Shown: positions 10,664 to 21,789, numbered from the stretch's first letter. The stretch is 64,000 bases of DNA from a virus (IMGVR_UViG_3300035180_001820:3268-67267); one strand, 5' to 3'. Notes: a model not told the origin generated them from the letters alone. Program-made: numbers and translations.

Positions 10664-11123
10664 TTAATTTTGCCTTTGCTTTCTTTTTTGAAATTTTCTT
10701 TTCTTTTTTAGCTTTGTTATATCTTTTTAACAATCGTGCTTCTTTTTTAATTTTATTTGCTTCACGATTTTTACGTTGAGTTTCTTTAATTGCATCAACA
10801 TCGGTTACCGGTAAAGTACCTTTTAATTTTGGAGATTCAACACCAAATCTATAAACAGTACCATCTTTGTAAACAAATTGCTGCATTAATTTCCACCCAC
10901 GTGGATATCCTACTTTTTTCTCAACTTTTGCTTTCTTTGAAGGTAATTCAAATGGAACTAAAGCACTTGTACATTTTGAACAAGTGACAGAAACAGCATC
11001 GGTACTAGTATGTGGAACAACAGTACCACATTTACATTTTAGATCTTGAGATTTTTTAGCATTCAATAATCTATCTGCTTGAGCACCTGACATTTTAACA
11101 ATTTTACGTTTTTGTTTTTTCAA
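10650..11123 (-). CDS. Basic zinc-finger-like hypothetical protein
   Basis: CKCG...CSKC, PRGW and Lys-rich tail; first gene after the promoter at 11153-11181. Confidence 0.55.
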   Translation of the reverse strand: MKKQKRKIVKMSGAQADRLLNAKKSQDLKCKCGTVVPHTSTDAVSVTCSKCTSALVPFELPSKKAKVEKKVGYPRGWKLMQQFVYKDGTVYRFGVESPKLKGTLPVTDVDAIKETQRKNREANKIKKEARLLKRYNKAKKEKKISKKKAKAKLNVTE

Positions 11124-11190
11124 TTCTATAACCGTTTAATTTTTATAATATAAATATAACCATTTATAAACCAAATGTCAATTGAGTTTT

Positions 11191-12150
11191 TTAACCATTA
11201 TGCATTGATGACCTAAAAGGTGGTGCTTGTGGTTTAGAAGATTGTAGTTTATTTAATTCTTCAGAAACATTAAAAGTTTCAGGTTTAATTAGAGTATCAT
11301 GTTGAGTATCATTTATGGGATCACTTACAGGATCATTTATTTTAGGTTCTTCTTTTTTAGACTTAAACGCATCTAAAATATCATCCTGAGTTTTACCGCC
11401 TCCACTATAAATATAGTTAGCCGCAATAATTAAACATACTGCAAGTGGGTCAAATACAAACACAAATAATAACATAAAATATTGAGATATTACATCAATA
11501 TCTTTATTTAGTATTTTACTAATATAAATTATAGGACCTAATTCACCCTTTAGATTGGATGTTTCTAATGTAGATATTTGAAAATCACATGACATTATAG
11601 AATCATTTAATGCAGATATGTTTTTATTTAATAATTTAATATCACTTAAATTACCTGAGATTGTTGATTCAACACGATTACCAATCTGATATCTGTTATG
11701 CTTATATAAGGTGTCTAACCTATCTTGTTGTTGATTATATGACTTATTTAATGATGTTAATTGATTGTTTGAATAATCCAACTGTTGTTTGAAATATGAT
11801 TTTTTATTTACCAATAATGTAACATTATTACTATTCGCCGAATATGATTCTTTAGTTTTTTGATATGCATCTGATAAGAATCCATAAATTCCTGCGGAAG
11901 TTATTAACATTAAAACCATTAATGCAATTGTCATATAACTTTTCATTAATGTATTAACAGTTTTCCAATATCTATATAGAAATGTAGATAATATGAATTT
12001 AGAATATTCTAATGTTGATGCCATAATCATTACAGAATAATAATGACCAGAAAATAACAATGATATACCAAATACAGAAAAGAATGCGGCTGACATAGTC
12101 AATGCAGCCGCAGATAATGACACTAATGTAAGGAATGAATTAAACTTCAT
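11191..12150 (-). CDS. Multi-TM plus coiled-coil membrane protein
   Basis: Three N-terminal TM helices (AAFFSVFG, LEYSK, ITSAGIYGFLS), long coiled coil, C-terminal TM with FVFDPLAV. Confidence 0.7.
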   Translation of the reverse strand: MKFNSFLTLVSLSAAALTMSAAFFSVFGISLLFSGHYYSVMIMASTLEYSKFILSTFLYRYWKTVNTLMKSYMTIALMVLMLITSAGIYGFLSDAYQKTKESYSANSNNVTLLVNKKSYFKQQLDYSNNQLTSLNKSYNQQQDRLDTLYKHNRYQIGNRVESTISGNLSDIKLLNKNISALNDSIMSCDFQISTLETSNLKGELGPIIYISKILNKDIDVISQYFMLLFVFVFDPLAVCLIIAANYIYSGGGKTQDDILDAFKSKKEEPKINDPVSDPINDTQHDTLIKPETFNVSEELNKLQSSKPQAPPFRSSMHNG

Positions 12151-12537
12151 TGATTAAAATTGTGTTTCGTTTTCTAATTCAACAACTTCAATTAATTGTG
12201 TTAACTCTTCTAATAGAACAATAAGAGTTCTTTCTAATGATGTCTTATCAACAGTATTAGAATTTACAACTCTATTTATCGCATCAATTTGATTGTTCAC
12301 CGTGTTGAGAAGACTCAACACTTTCTTCTTGTTTCTCATTTAATAATCCTGTTTCTTCATTTATAATTTCAAATTCGGCATCTAATATTTTTTCACATAC
12401 GTATAAATATCCATCTGAACCTTTAATAATTGTATATGAATCACCTTTTCGAGAATTTAAGTCAACTTCATTCTCTTTGTTATTTTTATAAATATAAAGT
12501 GCATTATATTTGTCATCATTTATGGTTATTATCATAA

Positions 12538-12897
12538 CTACCTAACAAACTTACAAATATACATATATGTATATTGTGGATATTTGAATGTTATAATTGC
12601 TGATTTATTTTTATTAATATATACATATGTAATTAACGTATCATTTAGATAGTTTATACATTTGATTTTGTATGATACTTCAGTTAATTGTTTTGAATCT
12701 AAAACTTTAAGTGGTAAACCATCTGATATTTTTATCACACCATTATCACTATCTAATTTTATTATAATATTTTGTGATTTTGTTGTAGTATCTTTTTTAT
12801 AAATCTCAGTAACACTTGATGATAGAAATGTTAATGATTGTGTAAATGATACACAAGTTAGAAATAAAAACAAAAATAGTACTTTCAATTTTATCAT
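12538..12897 (-). CDS. Hypothetical secreted protein
   Basis: Signal-peptide-like N-terminus (MIKLKVLFLFLFLTCVSFTQ). Confidence 0.55.
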   Translation of the reverse strand: MIKLKVLFLFLFLTCVSFTQSLTFLSSSVTEIYKKDTTTKSQNIIIKLDSDNGVIKISDGLPLKVLDSKQLTEVSYKIKCINYLNDTLITYVYINKNKSAIITFKYPQYTYMYICKFVR

Positions 12898-13136
12898 ATA
12901 CCTAAACCTCTAACCCTAACTCGCATATTCCATTTATCAATTAATTTATGTATATTATCAACATGACTATTAATTCCATTACCATATTTCAAATAACATC
13001 CTTCGGTTAAACACATTATATTATATTCTTCATCATCTATATTTATAATTGTTGGATGTGCACCACAAAATGGACATACAACCAAAGTATCTGATAAAAT
13101 AACTAATTCATCGTCGGTAAGTTTTACACTACCCAT
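12894..13136 (-). CDS. Lar-family (restriction alleviation-like) zinc-finger protein
   Basis: CPFCG...C...C and ..I.KWN.R signature. Confidence 0.65.
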   Translation of the reverse strand: MGSVKLTDDELVILSDTLVVCPFCGAHPTIINIDDEEYNIMCLTEGCYLKYGNGINSHVDNIHKLIDKWNMRVRVRGLGI

Positions 13137-13963
13137 TTATTAACCTCTATCATCTTATTAATAGTAATTGGTAATATTTTATTATTAACTAAACATTCTA
13201 ACATTTGATGCACAGCTAATCTGGTTTCAGGTTGAGCATGATCACTAAGACGTTGATTAAATAAATGTTCTAATGAATTAAGGTTTAATATAATTTGCAT
13301 ATCGGTAAAGAAAGCAGTACCTAAAATACCACGATAAACTTCACGAACTCTTCTTAATTCGCTAGCAGTAATAATATTATGTTCTTTACCAAATTGTAAA
13401 AACTTAACTAAATTATCATACATTAGTGATGCATATTGATTTACTCTATCATATAATTCAACAACATCTGGACTGTATTTGGTTTCATGTTGATATTCAA
13501 AATCTTCATGATCATGTATTCTATTTATAATATCAACCGCATCCGTTGGTAATGGAATATATGTATTAGGCATTGTTTTATATCTTAATGATAATTCATT
13601 TTGAGATATACCCAATCTACCAAAACTACCATCGTCACTATCAACCGTCATATTCTGAACTTGTCTAGACATACGATATTTATCAAGTTGGCGTTCTACA
13701 TAAATAGGAACATGTAAATAAAACTTAAACCATACACACTCTTTAGGTGTATCGTGATGTAAAGGAACAATTGATGTTTCTAATACTCTTTTAACATCTT
13801 CATCAGGACGATATGTATTAGGTCCTTGAGTACTTACCCAAGCAGATTCGGCAACATCTCTATCACTATTCCAATGATCCAATAAAACAACTCGTATTTC
13901 ATTGTCTATCACATTTGGTTTATTATTAGCAGGTGTATTTGTTTGATTATCCATTTTTACCAT
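13124..13963 (-). CDS. thyX: FAD-dependent thymidylate synthase, divergent
   Basis: VAESAWVS, HDTPKEC..F.F, PIYVERQL, NELSLRY, REVYRGIL, NLNSL.HL..QRL..HAQPETR. Confidence 0.85.
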   Translation of the reverse strand: MVKMDNQTNTPANNKPNVIDNEIRVVLLDHWNSDRDVAESAWVSTQGPNTYRPDEDVKRVLETSIVPLHHDTPKECVWFKFYLHVPIYVERQLDKYRMSRQVQNMTVDSDDGSFGRLGISQNELSLRYKTMPNTYIPLPTDAVDIINRIHDHEDFEYQHETKYSPDVVELYDRVNQYASLMYDNLVKFLQFGKEHNIITASELRRVREVYRGILGTAFFTDMQIILNLNSLEHLFNQRLSDHAQPETRLAVHQMLECLVNNKILPITINKMIEVNKWVV

Positions 13964-14319
13964 AAAAATTTTACATTTTGAAAATCTAATTTATCTTTAA
14001 TTTGAGGTTCGATTACTTTCTCAAATATATGATACTTATTAGCCAATCCTGCACCTAACATTGAAATTAAAAATAAATTATTAGGTGAATGTTTAATAAT
14101 ATCTATTAATTTATCCAATTCTCGTTTGAATATTAACTCATATTCTTTAGGTTTATAATATGCATCATCTTTATATGATGGATATTTTTTAGTTATAAAC
14201 CCATATGAATTTGAATGATATCTTAGTGCAGCTGCACCTTTTGTTCCTCTATGAAGAGAATTATCACCAAATACGAATATATGTGTAGGATTATCTATTA
14301 AATATTTTGCTGTTATCAT
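13957..14319 (-). CDS. Conserved phage protein, macrodomain-like (IFVFGDN family)
   Basis: IFVFGDN...G..GAA.LR, YGFITKK, LGAGLA. Confidence 0.55.
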   Translation of the reverse strand: MITAKYLIDNPTHIFVFGDNSLHRGTKGAAALRYHSNSYGFITKKYPSYKDDAYYKPKEYELIFKRELDKLIDIIKHSPNNLFLISMLGAGLANKYHIFEKVIEPQIKDKLDFQNVKFLW

Positions 14320-14732
14320 ATGCGTATATTATTATGAAATTTCATTGCAGTCCAAACAAATGGAATTACCGTTGACCTATCACCTAATAATTCATGCATA
14401 TGAATTGCAGCTGTAGTGTTAAGTGAATGAATAATAATTGGAGTATACTCATTACGTTTATTATCATAATCTGGATTACTTAAAAATCTAGCAACTTCGG
14501 CACCAGTATTGTCATTATTACTATCAACATATACTTCACCACCAAGATCATGATCTAAAAATATTAAATCATACTTAATCATACTTAGACGTTTGCATGC
14601 ATCTATTACAGTTTCACAAAAATCTACATACACATCAACATGATTACGCCATTGTAATTCATTGAATCTTTTCTTAAATTCATCAATTCTTTCATAAGAA
14701 TCTTCTAATACAAGAATTTTATATTCATTCAC
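14316..14732 (-). CDS. Cyclic-phosphate-processing receiver (cREC) domain protein
   Basis: ILVLEDSYERI, DLIFLDHDLG, TGAEVA.FL, IIIHSLN; the DHDLG and HS.N motifs distinguish it from ordinary REC domains. Confidence 0.75.
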   Translation of the reverse strand: MNEYKILVLEDSYERIDEFKKRFNELQWRNHVDVYVDFCETVIDACKRLSMIKYDLIFLDHDLGGEVYVDSNNDNTGAEVARFLSNPDYDNKRNEYTPIIIHSLNTTAAIHMHELLGDRSTVIPFVWTAMKFHNNIRI

Positions 14733-14749
14733 TTATTCACTCCATTTTA

Positions 14750-15220
14750 TTATAATGTTAGTTTATTTTTAGGATCATTAACATCGGTATCATTAAGACT
14801 ACAATTAATTGCATGAACGGTTTCTAACCATTTAATACCATGACGGTTAATTAAAATAGCAAAATCTTTTACATCATGATCGCGAAGTTTATATGATACA
14901 TCACCAGTCTTATCATTGGTAACTGGTAGAATATGTAACAATTCATGAAACATTAGAATATATTGACTTTCATCCGAAAGCGAATCCCAAAGTTCACCAC
15001 TCATCTTAATAACATAATCACAGTCACTGTAATATTTCAAATCTTTATTTGCTCTTGTACATTGACCTGCTATGGTTTTACTAACATTAGGATATACTAA
15101 AACATATCCAATATTAGCACCATACATGTTAAGTTTTTCTTTTTCTATAATATCAGCTGCCAAATCTTTTAATTGTGGAGCATCAACATAATCTTTATTA
15201 CCGATTTTTTTATTATCCAT
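14750..15220 (-). CDS. Putative phage metallopeptidase
   Basis: W..LSDE....LMFHELLHI followed by LRDHDV.DF. Confidence 0.75.
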   Translation of the reverse strand: MDNKKIGNKDYVDAPQLKDLAADIIEKEKLNMYGANIGYVLVYPNVSKTIAGQCTRANKDLKYYSDCDYVIKMSGELWDSLSDESQYILMFHELLHILPVTNDKTGDVSYKLRDHDVKDFAILINRHGIKWLETVHAINCSLNDTDVNDPKNKLTL

Positions 15221-15815
15221 TTTTGAACTGTCCTTTTCTTTTTACTGTTCTAAATAACCAATCATCTTCGCCTTCTAATTTTTGTCCGCGAATAAATGAT
15301 TTTTCTTTAATAGCATATTTTATTTTACCTTCATCACCTATAACATCAGCCCAATCTTCACCGCTATCAATATCTTCACATATTAATTTGCCATCTATAA
15401 CGTTTGGTACGAATATTTTTTCCTCCAAAACAACTTTAGATATAATATTTCTTTTTGCTGAATGTTTAACGTTTATAACAATTGATGAACTAATCATATC
15501 ATTTAGAAATGTTAACAACTCAGGTGCGCCAGTTGCATTTGATAAACACCATTTAGTAAACATTTCATCATCACCAAATGCCTTTACAAATTCTTTAAAT
15601 GATGATAATTCTTTTTCGTATGGTTTATAAATTACATTATTTGATTGTATATTTTCTAATAAATTAATTGCTAATTTTAGATCTTCGATATCATTTAATG
15701 TACTTTTACAATGTGTAGTGATAGGAAATTGTAATTTTTTAGAATGCAATTTTTCTACTATAAAGTTATATAATATCCTATTATCGGATATCATAGCAAG
15801 AGAATATAATTCCAT
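15213..15815 (-). CDS. Hypothetical protein
   Basis: 200 aa ORF, AGGT RBS. Confidence 0.6.
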   Translation of the reverse strand: MELYSLAMISDNRILYNFIVEKLHSKKLQFPITTHCKSTLNDIEDLKLAINLLENIQSNNVIYKPYEKELSSFKEFVKAFGDDEMFTKWCLSNATGAPELLTFLNDMISSSIVINVKHSAKRNIISKVVLEEKIFVPNVIDGKLICEDIDSGEDWADVIGDEGKIKYAIKEKSFIRGQKLEGEDDWLFRTVKRKGQFKNG

Positions 15816-15839
15816 AACCTACTTTTATTTTATTAATAA

Positions 15840-16355
15840 CTATTTTTTTATTTCATTACGAATTAATTTTACATTAAGTTCGTCTTCCGCTTTACTCAAT
15901 ACATCAGTTTGTGATGTAGGAATATCAACCAATCTACCTTTTGTTATTTTGTTTGTTATTTTGATAGTAAGTTTATTTGTTTTTTTATTTATATTGACAT
16001 ATGAAAATTTTCCAATGTCATAATATGAACTATAAATATCAAGAAATTCTTTACACGATTTTCTAAGCCTATAGAATGATATCATATCATTTTCAGTTAA
16101 ATATTCATGACCTGCTACAACACCTTCTTTAGAATATATCTCTAAAATTTTGTCATAAATATTAATTTGTTCATTAATATCTATCAAAAGGAATGGTGAT
16201 AACAATTCATCATGTATATATCCACTGATTAAATCAAACATATAATCATATAGTTTTTCATCAGTATCTAATTCTGATACATGAATCATTCGATTATTCC
16301 TTCTATCCAAAGTATAATCAAAACGAGTAAAATTTTTGGGTTGTTTCTTTTTCAT
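15840..16355 (-). CDS. Hypothetical protein (start moved to MKKKQPK)
   Basis: Track start at 16397 lies inside a hairpin; ATG at 16355 follows a TATATTTAT motif. Confidence 0.55.
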   Translation of the reverse strand: MKKKQPKNFTRFDYTLDRRNNRMIHVSELDTDEKLYDYMFDLISGYIHDELLSPFLLIDINEQINIYDKILEIYSKEGVVAGHEYLTENDMISFYRLRKSCKEFLDIYSSYYDIGKFSYVNINKKTNKLTIKITNKITKGRLVDIPTSQTDVLSKAEDELNVKLIRNEIKK

Positions 16356-16412
16356 ATATAATAAATATAATAGGGATATGAAATTTTCATTCCACATCCC
16401 TAAAAGTATTAA

Positions 16413-16703
16413 TTAAACCGCAAATGATTTCTTCAACTTTGCAGTTGCAACATATGTACCGGCATCACGAGTATGCTTGAACAATTTCCCTGCATTTGCA
16501 CGTACTAAACGCATCAAATAATTATGAGTATATGATCTCTCAGGGGCAGATTCCAAACCTAAGCTTTTATATGACTTTTTAGCTAGTTTAGAAACTGAAT
16601 CATTTGTGATTGTAAATGAACCATCAGATACTGAAGCATTTGCTAATAGTACGAATAATGATTCTTTGATTGTAGGGGCAAGAGCCTTTGTCTTCTTTGC
16701 CAT
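16413..16703 (-). CDS. Small basic, possibly DNA-binding protein
   Basis: 96 aa, K/A-rich, own promoter (16746-16774), GAGGT RBS, downstream hairpin at ~16371-16402. Confidence 0.6.
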   Translation of the reverse strand: MAKKTKALAPTIKESLFVLLANASVSDGSFTITNDSVSKLAKKSYKSLGLESAPERSYTHNYLMRLVRANAGKLFKHTRDAGTYVATAKLKKSFAV

Positions 16704-16815
16704 AGAGTAACCTCTTTGTTTGTTTTGTTAATTAATTGATATACAAATATAATTAAAATATATTGTAATGTCAATTGTGTTATTTAATAATTTATTTTCT
16801 AAAATATATATTAAA

Positions 16816-16904
16816 AAGCCGTAGGCTTAGTCGTTCTCCGACTTCGGTAGATGCTTCGCATCTGAGTCGCATGCGACTCTTAAGGTAGCGGATTTCTAAT
16901 CCGC
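16816..16904. repeat. Cluster of five short inverted repeats
   Basis: AAGCC-GTA-GGCTT, AGTCG-TTCTC-CGACT, AGATGC-TTC-GCATCT, GAGTCGCATGCGACTC, GCGGATT-TCT-AATCCGC. Confidence 0.85.
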
Positions 16905-17056
16905 GAATTTCTGATATAAGTTCCACAAAAACCTATAAATTTAATTATATTATACATTTAGGTTTTACCATTAAAATTAAAAATAAAGATATAAATTATA
17001 AAATTTCAGTCTATTTATTTTATATATTAATTTTTTTCTAAATAATAGGATAACCA

Positions 17057-17395
17057 ATGTCTACATTCTTTCATATTTTATTTAATTTGTGGTTAGTATC
17101 AAGATTTACATATAATCCAATTTTATATATAACGGTAATAATATTATCAGCAAGACCTGATGTTATTAGATTATTACAAAAAGATAAATCTGATTGGACA
17201 ACATATAATGAATGTCATAAAATGACGTTAAGTAATATGTTAATTCCATTCTCAAATGATCATATTCTTATGGATTATTATTGTCATCAACCAACAGGTG
17301 AATGGAAACCTTGGGTTTTACCGCTTGAAATATGTCTTTGGATAATATATATCATTTTATACATATATTGTCCGCAATATGTTAGATTAATCTAA
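17057..17395 (+). CDS. Membrane-bound metal-dependent hydrolase-like protein (YdjM-like)
   Basis: AGGA RBS; H...PD...H...HxxxD pattern (FFHI, ARPDV, ECHK, DHILMD) among hydrophobic helices; no competing minus-strand ORF. Confidence 0.6.
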   Translation: MSTFFHILFNLWLVSRFTYNPILYITVIILSARPDVIRLLQKDKSDWTTYNECHKMTLSNMLIPFSNDHILMDYYCHQPTGEWKPWVLPLEICLWIIYIILYIYCPQYVRLI

Positions 17396-17561
17396 AATAA
17401 CATAAAATAGTGACCTTTAGATGCCCACCAGATGCATCAAATTATCAGACCATTGAAATATACAGTCTGTTTATTTGGCTCTTCTAGTAAGCATTATATG
17501 AATTTTCATAGTTTTATAATAAAAATGCCGAGATTAGATAATACCAATCTCGGCACTAATT

Positions 17562-18056
17562 TTAGAAGCTACTAGAATCAAAAGAACTACTTGAGTCAAA
17601 AGACGATCCGCTATCTGAACCAAATGAACTACTACTAGAATCAAATGAAGAACTAGAATCGGATCCTGATGAATAACTAGATTCTGAATCTGAAGAACTT
17701 CCCCAATCAGCAGTAGAACCGCCGCCGCCAAAATCTCCACCTTGACCTTCAAATCCAGTATTAGAATCTGGCAATCTTTCTTCAGGAAGTTGACTATCAT
17801 TTTCTAACAATTGTTCTGCGGCATAATAACCTGCTACACCAAATGGTGTAATATTATCATCTTCTTCAGATTGTTTACGTAATCTTTCACGTTCTTCTTC
17901 ATCCGCAATTCTTTTGCGTCTGATTTTTTCAATATCAGTTGCGGTAAGTACGGTAGTTGCATTTTCTTGAACTGGTACATTATCATATACTGTATTTGGT
18001 TCAGCATATTTGCTTGGTTCTTGTTTCTTACCGAAAAGTTTAGTAATCCATGACAT
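17562..18056 (-). CDS. Hypothetical protein with Gly/Ser-rich low-complexity tail
   Basis: GFEGQGGDFGGGGSTADW followed by SSSFD repeats. Confidence 0.7.
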   Translation of the reverse strand: MSWITKLFGKKQEPSKYAEPNTVYDNVPVQENATTVLTATDIEKIRRKRIADEEERERLRKQSEEDDNITPFGVAGYYAAEQLLENDSQLPEERLPDSNTGFEGQGGDFGGGGSTADWGSSSDSESSYSSGSDSSSSFDSSSSSFGSDSGSSFDSSSSFDSSSF

Positions 18057-18057
18057 A

Positions 18058-18609
18058 TTAGAGCTCCGTTTGTTTGTTTTTTAGTGTTTGTTTAAACTCA
18101 ATACTTCCATCTGGAAATATTATTATATAATCTTTATTTGAATTTCTTGTGTATCTAAATGTTGCCCATGTACCTGAACGAATTTGTTCTTTAAACTCAT
18201 TTGGACAAACTATCATTAAACTTACTGCATCTACAATATCATGATTTCTAACAAGATATGGTTTTTCTTCATGAATAATAGTATTACCTTCTTGAGGTGT
18301 TTTAGGATGTTGACTACAAAGATGCGCATATGCTCTATAAACATTTATATTAGGCGGATGTATTTCATAACCAACTACACCTAATTTAATACACAATAAA
18401 TGAAATTCAAGATCTGCACCTTGACAATCTCCATGATGTACTATATAAGGATCTAATGCTTCAACAACCATCTTTAATGATGCAAGTTGATTCATCGTAC
18501 AACCATATTTAGTTCCGGTAAATCCAACTATATTTACTTTAGGAATTGTATCATAAGTAGGTTTAGGTATTTTTTCAAACATATGATACCCAACATATTG
18601 ATATAACAA
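18058..18609 (-). CDS. Stand-alone SLOG superfamily protein
   Basis: VGFTGT, HHGDCQGAD, RNHDIVD, SGTWAT motifs. Confidence 0.75.
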   Translation of the reverse strand: MLYQYVGYHMFEKIPKPTYDTIPKVNIVGFTGTKYGCTMNQLASLKMVVEALDPYIVHHGDCQGADLEFHLLCIKLGVVGYEIHPPNINVYRAYAHLCSQHPKTPQEGNTIIHEEKPYLVRNHDIVDAVSLMIVCPNEFKEQIRSGTWATFRYTRNSNKDYIIIFPDGSIEFKQTLKNKQTEL

Positions 18610-18999
18610 GTGTTAAAAAAGAAGGATTTGTAAAACACATTCCAGCAAATTCTAACATAGAATATATTTCATTACATGTTTCTGCCAATTTAATCTGACT
18701 TTTTGTTTTTGAGTAAATCTTATCACCAATCCAATAACTATTATCACATCCTTTTGGATATAAAATAATAGCTTTTCTTTTTTTACCAGCTCTGAATATT
18801 GTTCTCTTTACATACATTTGATCTTAACTCTTTTAATGTAGATTCTACTATATTTAGTTTATTAGCACATTCTATTAACTTATTAATATCACCACCAATA
18901 TCGGCACAACGTTCTTTAAATTCTTTATCAAGAACTTTACGATAATTCTCAAAAAATCATTTCAGTTGTTACACCATTACCTAAATCATTGTTGTGCAT
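18575..18999 (-). pseudogene. Apparently frameshifted gene
   Basis: After promoter 19026-19054 an ORF MHNNDLGNGVTTEMIF stops at a T6 run (18951-18956); coding-like sequence continues in other frames into ORF 18575..18817. Confidence 0.4.
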
Positions 19000-19060
19000 A
19001 TATTCTTGTTTTAATTTATATATCAAATATAACTATTTATAAACCAAATGTCAATTGAGT

Positions 19061-19660
<600 letters not shown>

Positions 19661-20474
19661 TTATTTCAAAACCCAGGTTTTTTACGATATTCATATTTTT
19701 CCCAATCCCAAGTTGGTTCTCCAACAACATCTTTCCATTTCAATATTTCTCCAGACATACCAACATGGTATCTATTTGCATATTGAAGAACTATTGGTTT
19801 TTTTGAATTTTTTGATTGTGTATAACTCAATTCCAATTTTATTTCATTTGGTGTTAATGTATATGCCATTTTATTCCCAATCCAATTCTTTAATAATATC
19901 CGATAATACAGTATCAGATTTAACTTCAGGTACACTTCTAACTAAAATGCTATATATGACAACAGCATCTTCATATGATAAATAAACATCAAAATCAAAA
20001 TAACTTGAAACTGTATTACTAAATAAACTTTTCAAATTATTAATACGTATTTCATGTCCGAGCTTTTCAGTAACCAAAATACCATTTGAATCATATTTAT
20101 ACTTTGACTTTGATACTGATAAATCATAATTAAATTCTATCATTTCCTGTATGGTCACACCATAATATATAGCTAGGAAAGTATATTTTCCTAATTCGAT
20201 TACATTAAAAATTTTATTGTTTAATAAAATTTTGCTTCCAATATTTATTTTACTTATCATCTAAAAATCTCGAGTATTGATAGGTTTGTGATTAATTAAT
20301 GCTCTATAAATTGTTTTTTCAACAATACTATAAAACAATTTGTCTGATAGTTGATTATTACTTTTGAATGTTGCACATGCATTAACAAAGTCATCACCGG
20401 AATTATGTAAATATATTATTAATAAATCGGATGACATATTATTTAACATTGTCTTATATGGTGTTAACCTATTT

Positions 20475-20894
20475 TTATCCTCCATAATATTGACTTTCTT
20501 TTAATTTATCATATGCATCTATTCCATATTGATGATCGGTTGTATAATTAGTCCAATCTTCTTTTAAAGTATGTTCTATAAAATCAATAGGTAATATTAA
20601 ATCATGTTCTTTTACATAATGTGATAATTTATCAGGCCAAATGTATACATAATCGGTTCTTTCACATGATCCTAATATATCACTACAAATTCTACATGTA
20701 GAAAAACCTCTATAATGATTTAATCTAATACCACCATCTAAATACGTAACAATATAATCTTTATGAATATAATATTTTTTATAAATATCATCCCAAAATT
20801 GAGAAGATAAAAATTTATTAGGGTTAGGATATTTTTCATTTTCTTTATAATTATTTTTCCAATACCCAAGTAACTTAAGTTTTATTTGTTCCAT
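20475..20894 (-). CDS. Conserved hypothetical metal-binding protein
   Basis: YRGFSTCRIC...GSCE...WP..LSHYV..H...P..FI. Confidence 0.6.
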   Translation of the reverse strand: MEQIKLKLLGYWKNNYKENEKYPNPNKFLSSQFWDDIYKKYYIHKDYIVTYLDGGIRLNHYRGFSTCRICSDILGSCERTDYVYIWPDKLSHYVKEHDLILPIDFIEHTLKEDWTNYTTDHQYGIDAYDKLKESQYYGG

Positions 20895-21384
20895 TTAATA
20901 TCCATTCCGCTTTATATATAGCATGTGGTGTTAAACCACAATAGCTATCAATTTGTATAAAATTATTTCTTTGCCAATATAACATATCAGAATCATCATC
21001 AAAAATAACATACTTTACATAGTCCCAATTATATTGGCCTAAATATTCTTCATTATCTTTAATCCATCTTAATATTTCATTACCACGAAGTGCGGATGAT
21101 GTTGGTGTTAATCCAACTATTTCACCTTTGAAACCATGTTTATTAAACATCTCTTGCATAGATTCTACAGTTTCACCGATTCTCCAAACGGATGATATAA
21201 CAACTTTGGCATTTGTTTTTTCAATTAGAATATTAAGTAAATCCATACATCTAGGATCAATGTCATCTCTACCTCTTTCTAATTCACTTATATATGAAGG
21301 TGTATATGCTAATTCATTGTTCATAACACCATCAATATCCAAAAATATTATTTTAACTATTTCATCTGACATTTTATACCACAT
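20875..21384 (-). CDS. HAD phosphatase of the Swiss-Army-Knife RNA-repair type
   Basis: IIFLDIDGVMN, VVISSVWR, RGNEI..W, YVIFDDDSDM, GLT. Confidence 0.85.
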   Translation of the reverse strand: MWYKMSDEIVKIIFLDIDGVMNNELAYTPSYISELERGRDDIDPRCMDLLNILIEKTNAKVVISSVWRIGETVESMQEMFNKHGFKGEIVGLTPTSSALRGNEILRWIKDNEEYLGQYNWDYVKYVIFDDDSDMLYWQRNNFIQIDSYCGLTPHAIYKAEWILNGTNKT

Positions 21385-21789
21385 ATAAATTTTATTTTTT
21401 CAAAAAAAGTTAATTTCATTTCATCAGGTCCATAAAAAACAGGTTTAGTTTCTTTATATTCAATTGAATCTAAATACAATTTTTCTACTTCATATGTACC
21501 ATTATGTTGTCTTGATATCTCAAAATTTAATGCACCAGTAGTTTCAAATATTTCCTTATCAATTTTTCGTATTCTATCTCTTGCATATTCTTTCATAGCA
21601 GCACTCATAGAATCACTTAATTTTTCATCATTGATACTTCGTATAATCTGTGGACTTTCAGTATCTGCTTTTGGATATTTTATATTACATTTAATATCCT
21701 CTACACTTGATGTTAGTGCTATAAGTTCAAATGATTTTCTATGATCATTTAATGCAGCTAATTTTTCAATATGACTTCTTAAATAAATA

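Noticed and set aside
14316-14732. Two-component response regulator
   Set aside because: No kinase or output domain; DHDLG and HS.N motifs fit the cyclic-phosphate-processing receiver family better.
17562-17740. Ser/Gly-rich tandem repeats as a DNA repeat element
   Set aside because: Explained by the low-complexity protein tail.
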